Shown here: piece after piece, positions 23,457 through 35,326 of the stretch
Layout: the number at the start of each line of letters is the position of its first letter
Position numbering within the stretch: the first letter of the stretch is position 1
Source: Hemiscyllium ocellatum
Lineage: Eukaryota
Reading direction: 5' to 3'
Assembly: GCF_020745735.1 (NCBI RefSeq)
Contig: NC_083410.1
Coordinates: 39,468,117 to 39,532,116, forward strand
Length of the DNA stretch: 64,000 bases
Translations under genes and position numbers: made by a program
Notes under the pieces: generated by a model
What the model was told of the DNA's origin: nothing
Database searches by the model: none
Seen by the model: the letters and a program-made list of their open reading frames with translations, nothing else

Positions 23457-26400
23457 AAACCTGTTGGACTATAACCTGTTGTTGTGTGATTTTTAACTTT
23501 GTACATCCCCAAATATACATTAATGCCCATTAATATCAGAAAAAATCAGTAACATTTTCTTAAAGAAAGGAGAGAGAAAAAGGAAAAAGAAACACTTTTG
23601 TCCACATCCTTTAACTTATCTGATCTATTTTAAAGTGTCCATAAAATTTTTCACTTTTTCCTAAAAGTCAAAAGAGCACACAGACCCATCATAAGTGAAG
23701 TGAAGCACTGCCGGATACCTCAGGGAATACTGGATATCAAGATCTCTCAGTCATCTCTTGGCTTCATCAAAGGTCTTCCTTTTATGAATTACAGCTGCAG
23801 AGAGATCCTGAAAGAACATTATCTCGGAACCTTCATAAGTTAAGGCCTGTGGATCCTTTGCCTTTATTCTGAAGGCTTCCATAACTTTAAACTTTGACCC
23901 TGCAGTTGTGAAGTCGCACTAGGACCAAGCGAGGGTACTGGTCCAAACCAGGCCTGAGCACCACAACTTCATGGGCCCTTTCGACTTTCACCCGGTCTGA
24001 CGCGGCCTCCAGACCAAGAAATCACGGCAGCCAGCTTTCAAAGAAGTTTACTGGCTGGTCGCCTTCCACTCCCCCTGGCAGCCCCACAACACGAACGTTT
24101 TATTGCCTACCTCTATTCTTGAGGTCATCAACTTGCTCCTGTAAGGTAAGGACCTGCTTTTTCAGTACTCAAATTCATTTAGTTGAAGAGTCAATCATGG
24201 TTTCCAAAGCTGTGGTCCTTCTTTCAACCTCCACCATTCGGCTTCCAAGGCCTTCCACCTGCTCCTTGTGCTTGTGGAGCATGGCCACAATTTAAGTCCA
24301 GTCCAGCACAGAAATTTCCCTCAATCGACACTCAATCATGTCTTGCAGTTTCGCAATCTCCATAGTCAGGGCCTGGTGAATGAGCAACTCCGATGAACTA
24401 GCTACAGCAGTGGAAGTGTCCAACTTCTCAGATGTGTGTCCCATGTGTTGGGACTTGCTGGAACCTTTACCTTTTGTCATGTTTCTGTAATAATCAGATT
24501 TTATAAAACGTTTATATAAGTTCTAGAACTCTTTAAATGCTGAATTTTCATAGAAATAACTTAAGTAGGGAGACGAGAGTGCTAATCTTGCCTGAACTGA
24601 GATGCAGAGCTCAGCAAAGCAGACCTCTCAGATTGCCACCATCTTGGATGCCCCCATTAGTATGTGTTAACCCAAGTTTGCATGTTCTACTGTAAAGTAT
24701 CTTGTCATCATTTTGTTCTCGTGTGTTGAGTTTCTTAAATGTTAGTTATACTGTTGGAATATAGTTCATAAAGAAGCATTGAAACTAATATGAGAATGCA
24801 GAACAGTAATGGATGAAATTAAAGTAAGTCTTCTGTTATTTGGTGTTTTCGATCATCTTTAACTAGCTTAAGTTTGATTTTCTATTGGGTCAAATTTACT
24901 TAAATCAGAAACCAAGACTTGCTGACCCAAACTACAAGGATGAAATAGAATTGCATTGAGTCTCCATGCCTGGTTTTCAAATTTAAAATGTGGGTGAGAT
25001 GGGAAGTCAAATTCTGTCTGAACTGAAGTGAAATAATTATGACGTAAATCTGTTTCTGCTAATAGTTGAATAACCAGAAACTGCCCTATGCAAACTCTAC
25101 CGATGACAGTCTTTTCAATTCTGCAGCAGTCCAATCCATTATATGAAAAAGAAATAGTTGAAGGCTAAAATGTATTAAGTTTTGACGACTATGATGTTGA
25201 GCTATAGAAGGGACAATGATTGGACTACTAACAACCTTAGGCTAGCTTCAGTCCAATTGCCTTAACTGTAGGCAGCAGGCTTGAAATCAATTTCTACTTG
25301 TTCTTCACATATTGTCAAATCAATTAAAATGAAGTCCAATATCATACTAGATAACTAATTTTGGTATTGGCTTCCAGTTTTCCAGGTCTGGTTCACTTTG
25401 TCTTTCTGGATGTGAGTAAGTGAATAAATGAATTTAAATCATATTGTAGCTTAAACTGCTGCAAGTTTAGGTAAGTTGTCTGGTCAGTTTTGAGATTGAA
25501 ATTGTGCTTGGATGGGGGGTGAAGAGGAAAGCAAAATATTCATTTCCCCATAAGACTCTTCCAAGGACTGTACTATCAATATACTAATCTTATATTATGA
25601 AAATAAATACAGTAAATTCTGCTAAAACACAGTCATTCCATTCTCATGCAATCTTGGTGTTATAAGAAAATTGTGTAATAGCAGCACCATTGAAACTAAT
25701 GGGGTCAGGATCACATTATAACCAAGACATCTCTAAAGCATGAAGTTTTAAGAACAGTGTCTCCAATTCGTCAATTGTGTGATTGCAAATTTGTATTAAC
25801 GAAACACACATTATATAAGAATGACTTGTACAGTACTTATGTTTTATATGCTTCATTCTTATCCCATTTTTACTAGTCTATATTTCATCCTTTGTTTTCT
25901 TGTCTGCTTTACTAGCCTGTTCCACTTTGGAAGAGCTATTCCAAACTGTGAATCACCTCTTAAATGTAGCTTGTTTAAGTCAGTCAAATGGTAAACCTTA
26001 CCTGATGTGCCTGACAATCTTTGTTTCCCTTTATCAACATGTTAGAATCAAAAGAGAAGTAAAGTTCAGGATTAAAATGGCACCTTTCATATTCAAGAGA
26101 AATCCACAACTTCATAAAGAAATCTTCAGCAGCTTATTCTTGTTGAAACAGTACATTTTAACTGTCTCTTGAACTAATTTTACTTTGTCTTTGGTTCAGA
26201 ACATTGGTGTAGACCTATGCATTCTGCATCAGTGACAATCTTTAATAAGTGATGTACACTACAATTTAAAATATTTCAAACTTGATTTGGACAGTTGGCA
26301 TCCCTTGCAAGATGCTTGCTAGATTTGTTTCACCATGCTGAGAAGGTCAGAAACATTACTGAAGCAGTTTCTTCAAATTTGAACTTTGTTACCTTGTGTA

Positions 26401-27839
26401 GTTCTAATATTGACCACACAGATTTTGTAGGATAATCGAACCTTGTTTGGGGAGCAAAGAAAAATGTCAGTGAAACCAGTCATTGAGTACTAATTAGAGT
26501 TTTGGTCAGCTATTTAGAGGTGACAACAGTTGCAATGGACAGTTCAGAGAAATGATCACTTGGTTAATTTCTTGGCTGAATGGGTTGTTTTTATGAGGGA
26601 AAATAGGTAAGTTGGGCTTGTGATCATTGGCATTTAGAAGAATGAGAGCTGATCTTATTGAAACATACAAGCTTCTAGCTCTGCTTCACAAGGGAATATT
26701 TCCACTTAGTGGGGAATCCAGAACTGGGTCACAGTTTTAAAATTTTAGCTCAAATTGGCTGCCAATTCCACAGAGGTGAGCAGTTGATTTGATGAAATGA
26801 ACGCTCATTTAGAAGCATCACTGGGATCTTCCTGCCAGGTAGAGTCACCGTGTACCAACTGAAAAGCTATCAGTTCATTGGAGGCACCAGCCCAGGGGTT
26901 CATCAAAGCCATGTTAGGACACTCTTGACCAACCTGCTTTTGTAGTGACCACATTTGGCGGAGTGGCTGATCCTTGGAAACTGCAAGCCCTTCAGGCTCA
27001 GGGAACTGTTGTTGAGTATACCCAATGAAAGGTGTAAATTTTGGCCAAAGGTGTGTATTGCAATATTGCATAAATAATAATAACATGCTAGAGAGTATCT
27101 GTGGAGAGCGAAAAGCTAAGTTGACTTTTTTGTTTCATGATCATTTCACAGGCTCATGACCAACTTAACCTCATTCTCTCTGGGGGAAAACTAAAGAGAA
27201 ACTGGGCCAATGCGGGTTGAAGAATCTTTGACCAATCATTACAGTAATTCTCCATGGTATTCAATTGCATTATCATTGTCAAATTCCCCCATAAAGAGGG
27301 GTTCTCAATTAACCAGTCTGATGTTATAACATCAATTGCTTGGATGCGAGAAGGGTGAGGCATTCAGTTTAATCTGCCTCTGCCTCAAAGATTCATTTCC
27401 TCCACTACCAGCACAAAACTACAGTATATACCATTCAAAAGGTGACTTGCAGTAACTCACCTCCCAAACCTGTATTCACTATCATCTAACAGCAAATAAG
27501 AAATGGACTGATAGACACACAAACAAATGGGTATTAGCAGCAGAGAATCGACAACACATTGTTATCAGATGAGGGCAAACAGAAGTAGAAATACTTTGGT
27601 TTTGGGGATAAAGCAATAGTATAGAAAAGATGATGCCAGAAGGAAAAGTAGGGGGGAAAATGTAGTGTAGGTAGACAGAAGACCTGATGGAGTGGTAACA
27701 TCATAGAACTAAGTGACACAAAGTCAACACAGCTGAATGAGGAGAGTGCATGTTATCACAGCAATTCAGCCTTCCTGTGATAGTTGCACCACACACACAA
27801 GACACATCAAGTGAGTCTGTGGGTTTCACAGTTTACACA

Positions 27840-30800
27840 AGCTGTTGCTGTCACTGATGATAGAGGGAGTGAATGTTTAAGGTAATGGATCGGGTGTTGG
27901 CTAATCAGGCTGCATTGTCTTAGAGAGTGTTGACCTTCTTAATTGTTGAAGCTGCATTCATCCAGGCAAGTGGAAAGTATTCCAATACACTCTTGACTTA
28001 TGTCTTGTAGATGCTGGAGAAGTTTTGTAGAGCAAGGACATGAGTTATTCACCATAGAATCCCAAGCCTCTGACCTACTACATTAGACACAATATTTATC
28101 TAGTTAAGTTTCTGGTCAATAACCCTCAGATGCTGTTTGTGATGGATTCATTGATGGCAATGTCATTGAATGTAATAGGGGCAATGTTTAGATTCTGTCT
28201 TATTGGAGATAATTATTGCCTGGCCATTTGCAACAAATTTCACTTGGCACTTTTCAGCCCAAGTCTAAATGCTGTTTGGGTGTTACTGCATATGTATTTG
28301 AACTGCTTCAGTACCTGAACAGTCACAAATTGTATTCAATACTGTGCAATCATCAGAGAATATCTCCACTTTTGACTTTATAAAGGAGGAAAGATTATTT
28401 ATGAAGCAGCTAATATGGTATGGCCTCGGAAACTCTGCTAGGCACTCCTCTGAGGAATTCTTGAAAGTATATCTTAAGGTTGAAAAACTGGCCTCTAAAA
28501 AACATAACTTTTCCATTTTGGAGCTTTACCCCTGATTCCCATTGACTTCTGCATTCTGGCAGGCAGGTTTTCTACTGCAACACCGCTACATTTAAACTAA
28601 GTAGCGGGGGGGGACGGGGGGGGGACAAACTGGATGTTTAAAAAGGAAATTGAAGGGAAAGTTAGAACAAGAGAAGTCAAGAAAGACAACTATATCAATG
28701 AGGCAGAAAACTCAGAAAGGGATCATGCTGCAAGGTTGAGTGAAATAGGGGTTGATGGGAAGGGTGAGAGCAGTAACAAATTAAAAATACTATATATGAA
28801 TGCACGAAGCATTAGACATAAGATGGATGAGCTTGAGACTCTTTTGGAAATTGGCAGATATGATATTGTGGGGATAACTGAGACCTGGCTTCAAGTGGAC
28901 GGGGCCTGGGAAATGAGTATTCAAGGCTACACATGCAATCGTAAGGACAGACTGATGAGCAGAGGGAGTGGCCTTGTTGGTCAGGGAGGATATTCAGTCC
29001 CTTGCGCGGGGGACCTAGATTCAGGGGATGTAGAGTCAATGTGGATAGAGCTGCAAAATACTAAGGGTAAAAAGACCCTCTTGGGAGTCATCTACATGCC
29101 CCCAAACAGTAGTCTGGACGTCGGATGTAAGATGAATCAGGAGCTGAAATTGGCCTGTCGCAAAGATGTTACTACAGTTGTTATGGGGGATTTTAACATG
29201 CAGATAGACTGGGAGAATCAGGATGGTATTGGACCTCAAGAAAGAGACTTTGTGGAGTGCCTCAGAGATGGATTCTTAGAGCAGCTGGTGCTGGAGCCAA
29301 CCAGGGAGAAGGCAATTCTGGATCTGGTATTGTGTAACGAACCAGAATTGGTCAGAGACCTCGAAGTGAAGGAGCCATTGGGAAGTAGTGACCATAATAC
29401 ATTAAGATTCAATCTCCAATTTGAGAGGGAGAGGGTACAGTCAGAAGTGACAGTACTTTTGTTGAATAAAGAGAACTATGGAGCTATGAGGGAGGAGCTG
29501 GCCAAAGTTCAATGATGCAATACCTTAGCAGGGATGACCGTGGAAGAACAATGGCAGATATTTCTGTGCATAATGCAGAAGTTGCAGGATCAGTTCATTC
29601 CTAAAAGGAAGAAAGATCCCAGGAGGATGCATGGGCGGCCGTGGCTGATGAGGGAAGTTAAGAAACATATAAAGTTAAAAGAGAAGAAGTATAACATAGC
29701 AAAGATAAGTGGGAAAACTGAGGACTGGGAAGTTTTTAAAGAGCAACAGAGGATTACTAAGAAGGAAATATGCAGAGGAAAAATGAGGTACGAAGGTAAA
29801 CTGGACAATAATATAAAGGATGATAGTAAAAGCTTTTTTAAGTATGTGCAAGGCAAAAAAATGGTTAGGACTAAAATTGGGCCCTTGAAGACAGAAACAG
29901 GGGAATATATTACAGGGAGCAAAGAAATAGCAGAAGAATTAAATGGGTACTTCAAATCTGTGTTCACTGGGGAAGACACAAGCAATCTCCCTGAGGTAAC
30001 AGTGGCTAAAGGACCTGAACTTAAGGGAATCTATATTTGCCAGGATTTGGTGTTGGAGAGACTGTTAGGTCTGAAGGTTGATAAGTCTCCGGGGCCTGAT
30101 GGTCTACATCCCAGGGTACTGAAGGAGGTGGCTCTGGAAATCGTGGATGCGTTGGTGATTATTTTCCAGAGTTCGATAGATTCGGGGTCGGTTCCTGAGG
30201 ATTGGAGGGTGGCTAGTGTTATACCACTTTTTAAGAAAGGTGGGAGAGAGAAAGCAGGAAATTATAGACCAGTTAGTCTGACCTCAGTGGTGGGAAAGAT
30301 GCTGGAGTCTATTATAAAGGATGAAATTACGGCACATCTGGATAGTAGTAACAGGATAGGACAGAGTCAGCATGGATTTATGAAGGGGAAATCATGTTTG
30401 ACTAATCTTCTTGAATTTTTTGAGGATGTAACTCTGAAGATGGATGAGGGAGATCCAGTAGATGTAGTATACCTGGACTTTCAGAAAGGTTTTGATAAAG
30501 TCCCACACAGGAGGTTAGTGAGTAAAATTAGGGCGCATGGTATTGGGGGCAAAGTACTAGATTGGATTGAAAATTGGTTGGCTGATAGGAAACAAAGGGT
30601 AGTGATAAACGGCTCCATTTTGGAATGGCAGGCAGTGACCAGTGGGGTACCGCAGGGATCCATGCTGGGACCGCAGATTTTTACAATATATGTTAATGAT
30701 ATAGAAGATGGTATCAGCAATAACATTAGCAAATTTGCTGATGATACAAAACTGGGTGGCAGGGTGAAATGTGAGGAGGATGTTAGGAGATTACAGGGTG

Positions 30801-32030
30801 ACCTGGACAAGTTAGGTGAGTGGGCAGATGCATGGCAGATGCAGTTTAATGTGGATAAATGTATGGTTATCCACTTTGGTGGCAAGAACAGGAAGGCAGA
30901 TTACTACCTCAATGGAATCAATTTAGGTAAAGGGGCAGTACAAAGAGATCTGGGTGTTCTTGTACACCAGTCAATGAAGGTAAGTATGCAGGTACAGCAG
31001 GTAGTGAAGAAGGTGAATGGCATGCTGGCCTTCATAACAAGAGAAATTGAATATAGAAGCAAAGAGTTGCCTCTGCAGCAGTTCAGGGCCCTGGTGAGAC
31101 CACACCTGGAGTACTGTGTGCAGTTCTGGTCTCCAAATCTGAGGAAAGACATTCTGGCTATTGAGGGAGTGCAGCGTAGGTTCACGAGGTCAATTCCTGG
31201 AATGGCGGGATTACCTTACACTGAAAGACTAGAGTGACTGGGTTTGTATACCCTTGAGTTTAGAAGACTGAAAGGGGATCTGATTGAGACATATAAGATT
31301 ATGAAAGGATTGGACACTCTGGCAGCAGGAAACATGTTTTCGCTGATGGGTGAGTGCCGAACCAGAGGACACAGCTTAAAAATACGGGGTAGACCATTTA
31401 CGACAGAGATGAGGAGAAACATCTTCACCCAGAGAGTGGTGGCTGTGTGGAATGCTCTGCTCCAGAGGGCAGTGGAGGCCCAGTCTCTGGATTCATTTAA
31501 GAAAGAGTTGGATAGAGCTCTCAAAGATAGGGGAATCAAGGGTTATGGAGATAAGGCAGGAAGAGGATACTAATTAGGAATGATCAGCCATGATCATATT
31601 GAGTGGCAGTGCAGGCTCGAAGGGCTGAATGGCCTACTCCTGCACCTATTGTCTATTGAATTCCATTTTTTCTAATGTTCCTTGATACTACACAGCGTGA
31701 AATTCTATTACTTCACATTTGGAATTTAGCTCATTTGTCTATGCTTGGATCAGTTCAGCAAATGAGATTAGGAGATGAGGATCAATGAAATAAGTTATTG
31801 TTGTACAATTGCCACTGGACAACAATGTCAAAAGACACCAGCTATCACTATACTGATGCTTGGAAGCAGACTGATGGGGGAGCTAATTTGTTAGATATGA
31901 TTTGTTTTGCATTTCGTGAATGGCATGTACTTGGGTTAATCTCCCAGATTATTGAGTAGGTGCCACTGTTTTATCTGTCCTGAAACAGCATGCTTGGGTT
32001 ATCACTAGTTCTGGCACACAAGTCTATGCT
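27840..32030 (-). mobile_element. Old CR1-like LINE remnant, host of the young CR1
   Basis: ORF 28283-28516 has CFINNLSSFIKSKVEIFSDDCTV (degenerate FADD region); the host continues after 31660. Confidence 0.55.
28550..31657 (+). mobile_element. Young CR1 LINE: end of ORF1, near-complete ORF2 (APE endonuclease + RT) and 3' UTR
   Basis: ORFs 28634-29515, 29534-31237 and 31244-31573 are in the same frame, separated by single TGA codons; motifs YMNARSI, GITETW, GDFN, GSSDH, SPGPDG, NYRPVSLTS, GVPQGS, FADD; tail cctattgtctattg. Confidence 0.95.
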
Positions 32031-33189
32031 GGCCCTGAAATCTAAGAATATGAATCCATTGATCCAATACCATACTTCCTCAGCTCATTCAGTACAGTCT
32101 GGTGCGTGGCACCAGTAAAATCTGAATTTACATCTTTGAGGATTTTGTGTTTATGCTGTCACCTAACTCATGGATCTCATTTTATAAAACCTGAACCCTA
32201 TTCATTGTTAATTGGTTCTGACACAAACCACAATTTTTATCTGATGTCACTCCTTCACAAAGAGTTTCTGCACCAACTTCAATGTGTTCACTACATTGAT
32301 GCCAAGGAGCCAATTCACGACCTGCATTCACCAGAGTGAGTCAGATAGTGAAATGTTGCTGTTCAAGTAAGTCCATAACTTTGTTAGTAAAGTTATACTT
32401 ATGTTTCACTTCCAGTGATATGTATCACAGAGGACCAAAGATTAATGCAAGACCAATGGCACCCACGAGCAGTATTCCAGTGGGATAGGGGGTCCCACTA
32501 ATGGGAGTTCAATATTTTAATGTATTATTCTTAATGCAGTGCCCAAATATTCTACCGGTCTATGCAGCTGATTTTGCAGATGGGGGAAATAGATGTACAA
32601 GACTTCTAATGGTCTGCTTACAATTTTTTTTTGTTCTGAAGATTTCTTAAATCTGCTCAACCCAAGATATACATTCTTGGGTTGACAGAGATAAGTGAAT
32701 CACAAGAGAGATGGTGTGTGATTCTATACTGAGGGAAGCAAGAGATACCCCCATATGAATATTAAGTGCGCCTTTCTCAGTCACCCAGGTGAAATTATAT
32801 TTCACTGCTCATTGCCACAGTTTGCTAGTTTCAAAGCGCTATATAAACACAAGGTTTGTACATCGCAGACTTTGAGCGACCAGTGGGAACTGAAACTAAC
32901 ATTTTGAAGTACAAGGACAGAAAAATGAATACTGTATATCTGGCAAATCTTTAGCCCAGTATAACAGGCCTTTAAATACAAAAAAGTCTCCACAAGAATT
33001 TTATCCGGACTGCAGCTTTAAAAGCGCTCCGTTAGTATCGATCTATTTTTATTTGATCTGTGTTCTTTCCAGGGTATTGACCTATATTTAAGCTTACTGA
33101 GCCTATTAAGTTGAAAATTTGTTTTGGCTTTCGTTACATTGTAGAGGAGGAAACCTGATGCACGTATCAGCACCATATTAATTCAATAA

Positions 33190-33420
33190 TAAATAATCCA
33201 TGAAGTTATTCCGAAGAATATTCAGTTAAAAAAAACACTTTCCCTGGATGTTTCAAATACAAGAAAGCGGCCAGGTGAAGATGCAGTCGCTGACAGCCTG
33301 AGGACAACCCGGTGAAATTAAGCGCGGATTAATTTCAATCGCTCAACTGGGCCACAGCTTTCTCTAAATGATTAGCGATAAAACCTATTACTGGTTTTAA
33401 GGTGACGTCTTGCACTGTCA
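33190..33420 (+). promoter_or_regulatory. PRPH2 photoreceptor promoter with CRX/OTX-type K50 homeodomain sites
   Basis: TAATCC 33194-33199, GGATTA 33326-33331 and TGATTA ~33369, plus a TATA-like ttttaa ~33395, in a locally CpG-richer stretch. Confidence 0.6.
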
Positions 33421-33725
33421 GGTTTTTGTCGAGTGCATTCTTGGAGGAGCTCTCTCCAGTACTGGGGAAAGGTGCGCCAAGGTTAGCGCTGGAGGAGGAT
33501 TCTGTCCCCCGGCTCTGGCTCGGTTACCTTGGACAGCTCACAGCGCCCATACCATCCTCGTCTCATTGGAGAGTTTACTTTTGAGGGTGGTCAGAATGGA
33601 GGGTCACAAGATTGAGTTGATCTCGGGTGGTCTGTCTCCTGCCCTTTCTGCATCCGTGCCCAAATCTCACTGATTTCCCCAAATTCAATCTTCAAATCCC
33701 ATTCCCTGGACTTCCGCAGTAGGAA

Positions 33726-34306
33726 ATGGCCATTCTCAAAGTCAAGTTCAACTTGCAGAAGCGTGTGAAGTTGGCTCAGGGGCTCTGGCTCCTGAACTGG
33801 TTCTGCGTCTTGGCCGGCATCGTTGTTTTTGGGATGGGGTTGTTCCTTAAGATTGAGCTGAGGAAACGAAGCGAAGTGATGGACAATGCGGAGAGCCACC
33901 TAGTCCCCAACTCCCTGATCCTGGTGGGTGTGCTGGCCTGCACCATCAACTGTTTTGGTGGCAAGTTTTGCTATGATTCCCTTGACCCTGCGAAATATGC
34001 CCGGTGGAAACCTTTCCTCAAGTTTTACCTTGGCGCCTGTTTGTTCTTCACTTGCCTGACCTTCCTGTCTGTGGTGCTGAGCTTTCTGATGAAGATCTAT
34101 ATGGAGGATACTCTGGCCAAGGGGCTGAAGAATAGCATGAAATATTATCGAGACACCGACACTCCGGGACGATGCTTCATGAAGAAAACTATCGACCAAC
34201 TTCAGATCGAGTTCCACTGCTGTGGCAACAACGGCTTCAGAGACTGGTTTGAAATCCAGTGGATCAGCAATAGATACCTGGACTTCAGCTCTAAGGAGGT
34301 GAAAGA
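33726..34306 (+). CDS. PRPH2: Peripherin-2 exon 1 (581 nt coding)
   Basis: [25 protein letters not shown]...[44 protein letters not shown]; donor GA|GTGAGT. Confidence 0.97.
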
Positions 34307-34334
34307 GTGAGTAGGGTGGGAAATCGATGCACGC

Positions 34335-34960
34335 AGACCATTGAAGGTGGCAGGAGAGAGCAGTCAATAAAGCATAAAGTGCGTTGGGCTTTGTTAATAG
34401 GGGCACTGAGTACAAGAGCACAGAAGTAATGTTGAACTTGTATAAAACACTCGTCAGATGTCAGTGTACAGTTCTGGTGTTTCGTTATAGGAAAAAATGG
34501 GAATGCGTTAGAGAGCGCGCGAAGGGGCGAGGGGTTGCAGGAATGAGAAACTTCAGCTAGGAGTATAGATTGAAGAAATTGGTTTTGTTTTCCATGAAGG
34601 GAAGAGAATGAGAGGAGATTTGATTGAGGTTTTCAAAATAATGAGCAGGCTGGATAGAGCAGATTGGGAGAAGCTGTTTGCACCTGTAAAAAAAAAGATA
34701 TGAAGGCGTAGATATGAAGTGATCAAACAAGGGTGAAGTGAGAAAAAAAACGTTTTCACTCAGCCAGTAGTTAGGGTTTGGAACAAACTCCCTGGACCTG
34801 GGGAAGGAGAGATGTTCGATTGAAGCATTCAAGAGGACACAGGATTTTGTTGGGATGGTATACAGGACACAGAGAAAAGGCAGGAGATTGGCACTAGGTA
34901 ACAGAGCATGCACAGGCCCGATGAGAGTATGGCCTCCTGCTGCACCCAATAATTCAGTCA
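34335..34960 (+). mobile_element. CR1-like 3' fragment filling most of PRPH2 intron 1
   Basis: Remnants of RG.EYKS.EVMLNLYKTLV and R.RGDLIEVFKIM. Confidence 0.65.
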
Positions 34961-35079
34961 TAAAGTGAAAAGTGCAGATAAGACATGGCTCAGTCTTAGT
35001 TTGAACTCGGGATTCATTTGGTGTGTTGTTGAGGTGTCACTAAGAGCCGTAACCTGTCCTAAATCTCCCCTCCTTACAG

Positions 35080-35326
35080 CCGTGTTAAGAGCAATATCGA
35101 TGGGAAGTACCTGACGGATGGGGTCCCATTCAGTTGCTGCAATCCAGCCTCCCCTCGACCCTGTATCCAGCAGCAGATCACCAACAATTCCGCCCATTAC
35201 AGTTATGAGTTCCAGAGCGAGGAGCTCAACCTCTGGACTCGAGGCTGCAAGGAAGCTCTCCTCAATTATTACACTAACATGATACAATCCATGGGAGCAC
35301 TAGTCCTAATCCTGTGGTTACTAGAG
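35080..35326 (+). CDS. PRPH2: Peripherin-2 exon 2 (247 nt; absent from the ORF track)
   Basis: Acceptor ccttacag|C; translates (D)[56 protein letters not shown]; donor GAG|GTAAGA; phases fit. Confidence 0.97.

Larger units (their letters stand above)
21400..23503. mobile_element. Fold-back PLE family B element (arms ~21431-21593 and 21619-21747 + 23470-23503), interrupted by an L1 derivative
   Basis: ~160-bp near-perfect inverted arms once the insert is removed; flanking direct repeat catccccaaatat at 21387-21399 and 23504-23516; same sequence family as 40901-41025. Confidence 0.8.
16877..24655 (-). mobile_element. Full-length but degenerate L1 LINE carrying nested insertions
   Basis: 5' end GGGGGCATCCAAGATGGTGG at 24655; ORF1 24480 to ~23630 (MTKGKG.., NVRVVGLPG, MFFQDLS, RYPA); ORF2 from ATG 21054 (MAKCVLKWCTWDIRG) through KAPGPNGFP, ITLYGDDVLVF and CPKC..THCLWSC to ~17450; AATAAA at 16891-16896 with a short A tail. 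Confidence 0.88.

Noticed and set aside
21400-23503. DNA transposon with terminal inverted repeats carrying a transposase
   Set aside because: The internal ORF is L1 ORF1 in a separate later insertion with its own TSD; the arms are ribozyme-bearing PLE-type ends.
33726-34310. PRPH2 as a truncated 194-aa single-exon product
   Set aside because: The stop lies within the GTGAGT donor; exons 2 and 3 are present and in phase.
33900-35287. Minus-strand ORFs of 173, 134 and 109 aa
   Set aside because: Antisense to PRPH2 exons or to the intronic CR1 fragment.
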